DNA of 32,000 nucleotides from Prochlorococcus marinus subsp. pastoris str. CCMP1986 (GTDB lineage Bacteria; Cyanobacteriota; Cyanobacteriia; PCC-6307; Cyanobiaceae), in contig NC_005072.1 of the NCBI RefSeq assembly GCF_000011465.1, positions 900,001 to 932,000 of the forward strand, in the 5' to 3' direction. The notes under the pieces were generated by a model. That model was given only the letters and a program-made list of their open reading frames with translations. It ran no database searches and was not told the DNA's origin. Below, piece after piece: positions 26,598-32,000 of the stretch (the first letter of the stretch is position 1; each line of letters begins with the position of its first letter). The translations under genes and the position numbers were made by a program.

Positions 26598-27887
26598 ATG
26601 AGAATTTCAAGGCGTATTTTGGCAGGTTTAGCTACTGCCTCTCTTGCCGTTTCAGTTACTTCCTGCGGAGGAGGTTCAGACACTTCCGGAAGTTTCGATG
26701 ACACAGTAACTGTTGGTATCTTACATTCCCTTTCAGGAACAATGGCCATATCTGAATCAACTCTTGTTGATACCGAAAAAATGGCAATAGCAGAAATAAA
26801 CGCAGCCGGCGGAGTAACCGTTGGTGGAAAAAGCTACAAAATCGATTACATCGTTGAAGATGGTGCTTCCGACTGGCCAACATTTGCTGAGAAGTCTAAA
26901 AAATTAATCGACCAGGATGGTGTTCCAGTTGTATTTGGTGGATGGACATCTGCTAGTAGAAAGGCAATGCTTCCTGTGTATGAATCAAAAGATGCATTCC
27001 TTTACTACCCAATTCAGTATGAAGCTCAGGAATGTTCAAACAATATTTTCTACACAGGTGCTTCACCAAACCAACAATCAGAACCAGCTACTGATTTTAT
27101 GTATAAGAGATCTCCTGCCGCTGGAAAGCCATTTTTCCTAGTTGGTTCAGACTATGTTTTCCCAAGGACATCAAATACAATTACCAAAGAACAACTTAAA
27201 TCACTTGGTGGAAAGGTTGTAGGTGAAGATTATTTACCTCTAGGTAATACTGAGGTTGCTCCTATTATTTCCAAGATCAAAAAAGCATTAGCACCATCTG
27301 GTGGTGGAGTAATTATCAACACACTTAATGGTGACCAAAACGTTGCTTTCTTTAAACAGATTCAGGATGCTGGGATTACTCCAAGTAATGGATATTATGT
27401 AATGAACTACTCTATTGCAGAGGAAGAAATTAGTACTATTGGGCCTGAATTCTTAGAAGGCCATTATGGTGCTTGGAACTACATGATGTCTATCGACACA
27501 CCTGAATCCAAGAAATTTGCAGCTGATTTTAAAGCTCTATATGGAAGTGACAGAGTAGTTGCCGATCCACAGGAATCTGCTTACAACATGGTTTATTTAT
27601 GGAAACAAGCAGTTGAAGATGCAGGCACATTTGAGAACAGTGCTGTTAGAGAAGCTCTAGTAGGACAAACATTCGATGCTCCTCAAGGACCAGTTGAGGT
27701 TATGCCTAACCATCACCTTGCTCAAACAGTAAGAATTGGTTTAATCAAGCCAGAAGGTGGATTTGAGATTCTTGAAGAAACTGATGGAGTTGTATACCCA
27801 CAAGCATGGAACCAATTTGAACCTAGTTCAAAAGGTTATGCATGTGACTGGACAGACCCATCTAAAGGAGAAAGATATAAGCTTTAA
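26598..27887 (+). CDS. urtA: Urea ABC transporter substrate-binding (lipo)protein
   Basis: I prefer ATG at 26598, giving MRISRRILAGLATASLAVSVTSCGGGS, a signal peptide with a lipobox-like TSC. The ORF track starts at GTG 26568. The body is a LivK/amide-urea binding fold, and the gene heads urtBCDE. Confidence 0.93.
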   Translation: MRISRRILAGLATASLAVSVTSCGGGSDTSGSFDDTVTVGILHSLSGTMAISESTLVDTEKMAIAEINAAGGVTVGGKSYKIDYIVEDGASDWPTFAEKSKKLIDQDGVPVVFGGWTSASRKAMLPVYESKDAFLYYPIQYEAQECSNNIFYTGASPNQQSEPATDFMYKRSPAAGKPFFLVGSDYVFPRTSNTITKEQLKSLGGKVVGEDYLPLGNTEVAPIISKIKKALAPSGGGVIINTLNGDQNVAFFKQIQDAGITPSNGYYVMNYSIAEEEISTIGPEFLEGHYGAWNYMMSIDTPESKKFAADFKALYGSDRVVADPQESAYNMVYLWKQAVEDAGTFENSAVREALVGQTFDAPQGPVEVMPNHHLAQTVRIGLIKPEGGFEILEETDGVVYPQAWNQFEPSSKGYACDWTDPSKGERYKL

Positions 27888-27907
27888 TTTCAAAGCTTAC
27901 TTCTAAA

Positions 27908-27938
27908 GAGAAGAGGAGGCTTAATGCCTCCTCTTCTT
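27908..27938 (+). terminator. Strong stem-loop between urtA and urtB (intra-operon attenuator or stabiliser)
   Basis: The sequence is gagaagaggaggc-ttaat-gcctcctcttctt. It forms 12 Watson-Crick pairs plus one G-U pair with a 5-nt loop. It begins 21 nt after the urtA stop. No clean U-tract follows. Confidence 0.6.
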
Positions 27939-27968
27939 ATATCCACTTAAATTTTCTTCTTATTAAAA

Positions 27969-29123
27969 TTGGAATTGCTTCTTGATAGTTTATTCAACGG
28001 TATAGCGATCGGATCAGTTTTACTAGTAGCAGCTTTGGGCTTAGCTATTGTATTTGGTTTGATGGGTGTAATCAATCTTGCACATGGTGAACTAATGATG
28101 CTAGGTGCTTACACAACATATGTAACTCAATTAATTTTCAAACTCCCACTATTAAAACCCTATTACAACGCTTACGTTATAGTTTCTATATTTTTTGCAT
28201 TTATTGTCAGTGGAGTAGTAGGAATACTTTTAGAAAAAACTGTAATTAGAAAGTTATACGGAAGTCCATTAGAAACTTTACTTGCAACATGGGGAGTAAG
28301 CCTTATTCTTCAACAGTTTGTCCGCAGTGTTCCTTTAGCTTATGGGACAGGACTAGTAATAAGTCTCATAATAGGTTTATTTCTACCATCAGTATTTTCA
28401 TCAAAAGTAAAAGAGTCTATAAATTTTAAATATGTAAAATTTAGTTCATGGATATTTGCAGCTTTAGCGGGAGTTCTCTCCGGTAATTTAATTTCATCTT
28501 CAGTTAGCAAATTAAGTCGAGCTAGTGCAAGAAATGTGGATGTCACGGCTCCAGCTTGGATGAGGGGTCAGGTTGAAATCCTTGGAACAGCTTTCCCAAA
28601 AACAAGATTAATGATAATAATAATTACTTTAATATCTGTGATTGCAATAACTTTATTTTTGAATCAAAGTGCTTGGGGTATGAGGATAAGAGCAGTAACT
28701 CAAAATAGAGAAATGAGTGACTGTCTTGGAATTTCAACAGAAAAAGTTGATGTTCTTACTTTTGGAATTGGTTCTGGATTGGCAGGTGTAGCAGGAGTTG
28801 CTGTATCTCTTTTGGGATCGGTTGGGCCTAATGTTGGAGGAAATTATATAGTTGGGTGTTTTATGGTTGTAGTTTTAGGAGGTGTAGGGAACCTATTGGG
28901 TACAATTTTTGCCTCTTTTGGAATAGGAATAATGACTGATTTAATTGGAGCTGGTCGCCTTTTATCAATATGGCCTGATATGCCTCTACCACTATCAAAT
29001 ACAATTAATTTCTTTGCAACTACCAGTATGGCTAGAGTTATGATTTTTGCGTTAATAGTAATATTCCTGCAATTCAAACCTACTGGTTTATTCCCCCAGA
29101 AAGGAAGGATGGTTGAGAGTTAA
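27969..29123 (+). CDS. urtB: Urea ABC transporter permease UrtB
   Basis: The product is a 384-aa LivH-type permease. The start is TTG and the N-terminus reads MELLLDSLFNGIAIGSVLLVAALGLAIVFG. Confidence 0.92.
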   Translation: MELLLDSLFNGIAIGSVLLVAALGLAIVFGLMGVINLAHGELMMLGAYTTYVTQLIFKLPLLKPYYNAYVIVSIFFAFIVSGVVGILLEKTVIRKLYGSPLETLLATWGVSLILQQFVRSVPLAYGTGLVISLIIGLFLPSVFSSKVKESINFKYVKFSSWIFAALAGVLSGNLISSSVSKLSRASARNVDVTAPAWMRGQVEILGTAFPKTRLMIIIITLISVIAITLFLNQSAWGMRIRAVTQNREMSDCLGISTEKVDVLTFGIGSGLAGVAGVAVSLLGSVGPNVGGNYIVGCFMVVVLGGVGNLLGTIFASFGIGIMTDLIGAGRLLSIWPDMPLPLSNTINFFATTSMARVMIFALIVIFLQFKPTGLFPQKGRMVES

Positions 29124-30259
29124 TGGAATTTAAAAACTTAAAACTAAGCAAAAAAACAACTTTTGTTATTTGGGTGCTCATTATTGCTTTTATTATCGCA
29201 GCTCCATCAATTCTTCCTGTTTTCAGATTGAACCTTCTTGGTAGATATTTATCATTAGCTATTGTTGCTTTGGGTGTAGATCTAATTTGGGGATTTACTG
29301 GTTTATTAAGTCTTGGTCAAGGTATATTTTTTGCTCTTGGGGGTTACTGTGCAGCAATGTATCTACAGATAACAAGCTCTTCTGAATTTCCAAATAATAT
29401 TCCAGAATTCTTTGGACTTTATGGCGTAGATAATTTACCATTTTTCTGGGAACCATTTAGATCTCCAATCTTTAGTTTATTTGCAATTTGGGTGATACCT
29501 GCATTAGTTGCAGGAATACTTGGATTTCTTGTTTTTAGAAACAGAATAAAAGGTGTGTATTTTTCAATACTTACCCAAGCTGCTCTTTTAGTATTCTTTA
29601 ATTTCTTTAATGGACAACAAAAACTTATTAATGGTACTAACGGATTAAAAACTGATGTAACTCAACTTTTTGGACAAATGGTTGGTTCAGAATCAATCCA
29701 AAGAATGTTTTTTTGGTTTACAGCCTTATTAGTTATTGCGGCATGGTTTTTTTCAAAATGGGTAGTAAAAGGAAGATTTGGGAATATTCTTATAGGGATC
29801 AGAGATGACGAACCAAGAGTAAGATTCACAGGTTATAATCCTGTCTTATTTAAAACAATAATATTTTCTATAGCAGGAGGTTTAGCAGGAATATCGGGTG
29901 CTTTGTACACGGTTCAATCAGGAATAGTATCCCCTCAATTTATGACAGTTCCATTTTCAATAGAAATGGTTATTTGGGTTGCAGTGGGAGGAAGAGGGAC
30001 TTTATTGGGAGCAATACTTGGAGCAGTCTTAATAAATTATGCAAAAAGTTTAGTAAGTGAAGCTTTACCGGCAAGCTGGATGTTTATTCAGGGTGGATTA
30101 TTTATTCTAGTAGTTACAGCATTACCAGAAGGTGTTTTAGGATGGGTACAAGGAGAGGGACCAAGGAATCTGCTTCAAAAACTTGGTCTGAAAAGGAAAA
30201 TCGAAACATACCCAAGTCTAGAAATAAAAAATGAAACGGAGGGATTAAAAAATGAATAA
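29123..30259 (+). CDS. urtC: Urea ABC transporter permease UrtC
   Basis: The product is a 378-aa LivM-type permease. It joins urtB through a TAATG 1-nt overlap. Confidence 0.92.
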   Translation: MEFKNLKLSKKTTFVIWVLIIAFIIAAPSILPVFRLNLLGRYLSLAIVALGVDLIWGFTGLLSLGQGIFFALGGYCAAMYLQITSSSEFPNNIPEFFGLYGVDNLPFFWEPFRSPIFSLFAIWVIPALVAGILGFLVFRNRIKGVYFSILTQAALLVFFNFFNGQQKLINGTNGLKTDVTQLFGQMVGSESIQRMFFWFTALLVIAAWFFSKWVVKGRFGNILIGIRDDEPRVRFTGYNPVLFKTIIFSIAGGLAGISGALYTVQSGIVSPQFMTVPFSIEMVIWVAVGGRGTLLGAILGAVLINYAKSLVSEALPASWMFIQGGLFILVVTALPEGVLGWVQGEGPRNLLQKLGLKRKIETYPSLEIKNETEGLKNE

Positions 30260-31007
30260 GAATACTAATTCTTTATTAAGCCTAGAAAATATAAGTGTAA
30301 GTTTTGAAGGATTTCTAGCATTAAATGATCTAAACCTTAGCTTAAAAACAGGAGAATTAAGAGCTGTAATTGGTCCAAATGGGGCGGGGAAAACAACATT
30401 TCTAGATGTAATAACAGGTAAAGTAAAACCTACTAAAGGTGATGTTTTTTTTAAAGGAAAATCATTAATAGGAAGAAAAGAACATAAAATTGCACGTTTA
30501 GGTGTAGGAAGAAAATTTCAAAGCCCAAGAGTATTTGAAAATCTAACTGTTAAAGAAAATCTTGAGATATCAGTAAGTACTCCTAAAAGTCCTTTAAATC
30601 TAATTAATAAAAAAATTAAAAATGATCAATTAGATGAAATAGAACATTTAATGAAAGTCATAAATTTATCAAAAAAAATCAATTCAAAAGCCGGTGCATT
30701 ATCACATGGTCAAAAACAATGGTTAGAAATAGCAATGTTACTAGGTCAAAAACCGGATTTAATGCTGGTTGATGAACCTGTGGCAGGGCTTACAGATGAA
30801 GAAACTGATTTGACAGCAGATTTATTAAAATCATTATCTGGAGAAAATACTGTTGTTGTTATAGATCACGATATGGAATTCATAAGAAGACTTGATAGTA
30901 ATGTTTCAGTTCTCAATCAAGGAACAGTATTATGTGAAGGTACAATGGATACTATTCAAAATGACAAAAGGGTAATTGATGTTTATTTAGGAAGACCGGA
31001 GGAATAA
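30252..31007 (+). CDS. urtD: Urea ABC transporter ATP-binding protein UrtD
   Basis: The product is 251 aa. It has Walker A (GPNGAGKTT), the signature LSHGQKQWLEI and Walker B (LMLVDEP). It overlaps urtC by 8 nt. Confidence 0.93.
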   Translation: MNKNTNSLLSLENISVSFEGFLALNDLNLSLKTGELRAVIGPNGAGKTTFLDVITGKVKPTKGDVFFKGKSLIGRKEHKIARLGVGRKFQSPRVFENLTVKENLEISVSTPKSPLNLINKKIKNDQLDEIEHLMKVINLSKKINSKAGALSHGQKQWLEIAMLLGQKPDLMLVDEPVAGLTDEETDLTADLLKSLSGENTVVVIDHDMEFIRRLDSNVSVLNQGTVLCEGTMDTIQNDKRVIDVYLGRPEE

Positions 31008-31009
31008 CA

Positions 31010-31720
31010 ATGAAAAATCTACTAGAAGTAAAATCATTAAATACCTATTATGGGGAAAGCCATATCCTCAGAGATGTAGATTTAAACCTTAAATCTGGAG
31101 AAATGATCTGTTTAATAGGTAGAAATGGAGTAGGGAAAACTACTTTATTAAAATCATTAATAGGGCTATTAAGGGCAAAGAAAGGAGAAATAAACTTTAT
31201 TGGAGAAAATATAAATAGAAAGGCGCCACATCAAAGAGCTAGAAAAGGAATGGCATATGTTCCTCAAGGAAGAGAAATAATACCTTATCTGACTGTTGAA
31301 GAAAACTTAATGTTGGGAATGGAATCGCTTCCTGGAGGCTTATCTAAAAATAAAAATATTGATTCAAGTATCTATGATTTATTTCCTATTTTAAAAGACT
31401 TTCTATCAAGAAAAGGAGGAGATCTGAGTGGAGGGCAACAACAACAACTTGCAATTGCGAGAGCACTATTAGGTAAACCAAAATTATTGTTACTAGACGA
31501 ACCTACTGAAGGAATTCAACCAAATATAGTATTAGATATTGAAAACGCTATAAATCTCATAATTAAAGAAACTGGTATCGGAGTTTTATTAGTTGAACAG
31601 CACTTACACTTTGTTAGGCAGGCAAGTAGATATTACGCGATGCAAAGGGGAGGAATTGTTGCAAGTGGCCGTACAAGTGAATTAAGCCAAACAGTTATTG
31701 ATAAATTTTTAAGTGTATAG
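31010..31720 (+). CDS. urtE: Urea ABC transporter ATP-binding protein UrtE
   Basis: The product is 236 aa. It has Walker A (GRNGVGKTT), the signature LSGGQQQQLAIA and Walker B (LLLLDEP). Confidence 0.93.
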   Translation: MKNLLEVKSLNTYYGESHILRDVDLNLKSGEMICLIGRNGVGKTTLLKSLIGLLRAKKGEINFIGENINRKAPHQRARKGMAYVPQGREIIPYLTVEENLMLGMESLPGGLSKNKNIDSSIYDLFPILKDFLSRKGGDLSGGQQQQLAIARALLGKPKLLLLDEPTEGIQPNIVLDIENAINLIIKETGIGVLLVEQHLHFVRQASRYYAMQRGGIVASGRTSELSQTVIDKFLSV

Positions 31721-31749
31721 AATATAACTTTAAAATATCTATTTAAATA

Positions 31750-31929
31750 TCACTTTTCGCATCTAATTAAATCAATCCTGTTAGGATGTGCATTTATATA
31801 TTTATTAAACTCCATAGCCAATGTTCTTGCTTCATAAGAATCTAATGCATAAAAACAATTTTCTAATCTAAGATTTTGAAAGTCTCTATAATAGACAGTG
31901 TATGGTTTTAAAAAAGGTTTGTTATTCAT
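31750..31929 (-). CDS. Candidate 59-aa soluble hypothetical protein, one codon below the ORF-track cutoff
   Basis: I translated this manually as MNNKPFLKPYTVYYRDFQNLRLENCFYALDSYEARTLAMEFNKYINAHPNRIDLIRCEK. It is convergent with urtE. I do not recognise a family. Confidence 0.4.
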   Translation of the reverse strand: MNNKPFLKPYTVYYRDFQNLRLENCFYALDSYEARTLAMEFNKYINAHPNRIDLIRCEK

Positions 31930-32000
31930 ATAATTTTAATACTATTTCTTTGGATACCTTAACCATGCATAAATTAATTAATTAAGAGAATATGTTTTGT

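Noticed and set aside
26656-27141. Track ORFs 26656-26883(-) and 26917-27141(+)
   Set aside because: They are shadow frames inside urtA, made possible by its higher G+C content. No motifs are present.
28340-29077. Track ORFs 28340-28546(-) and 28844-29077(-)
   Set aside because: They are antisense to urtB.
1-32000. A defence system, prophage, transposon, toxin-antitoxin pair or CRISPR locus anywhere in the window
   Set aside because: Every ORF of 60 aa or more has a housekeeping or metabolic assignment, or belongs to a conserved cyanobacterial small-protein family. I saw no nuclease/ATPase/methylase defence-type architecture, no inverted terminal repeats and no spaced repeats.

Overview
The window is AT-rich: spot counts give about 32% G+C in ureF and about 50% at the 5' end of urtA. 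It is very tightly packed, with many genes abutting or overlapping. The gene content points to a streamlined marine picocyanobacterium, most likely a high-light-adapted Prochlorococcus. This assignment is an inference from composition, from cyanobacteria-specific families (PAM68, DUF1816-, DUF1830- and DUF3288-like), and from the ure/urt and gpgS/gpgP genes. The gene order is as follows. On the + strand: a 5'-truncated glycine-zipper secreted protein, ruvA, rpsO and a PAM68-like gene. On the - strand: dnaE, gatA, a DUF1816-like gene, rlmB with a long repeat extension, mrnC, a STAS gene missing from the ORF track, carA, trpD and a DUF3288-like gene. On the + strand: an ABC exporter, msrA and tRNA-Pro(GGG). 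Next come uppP (-) and an islet of small proteins. A glucosylglycerate cluster follows, with GLYK-like kinase, gpgP and a GH13_18 phosphorylase on the - strand, divergent from gpgS on the + strand. The window ends with the urease genes ureDABC (-) and ureEFG (+), then urtABCDE (+). I see no transposase, integrase, CRISPR array, toxin-antitoxin pair or recognisable defence island, so most of the window is ordinary core genome. Five items deserve a second look. (1) A possible closed glucosylglycerate synthesis and recycling cluster sits next to the nitrogen-scavenging genes. (2) An intact STAS-domain ORF has no ATG, GTG or TTG start and is translationally coupled to the 23S rRNA maturation genes. 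(3) The 5' part of rlmB carries an 18-bp tandem repeat that encodes about 17 xxxRRD hexapeptides. (4) Two or three mini-ORFs fall below the ORF-track size cutoff. (5) urtA has an NtcA-like promoter upstream, a strong hairpin downstream and atypical composition. All family assignments come from motif recognition by eye. No database search was run.
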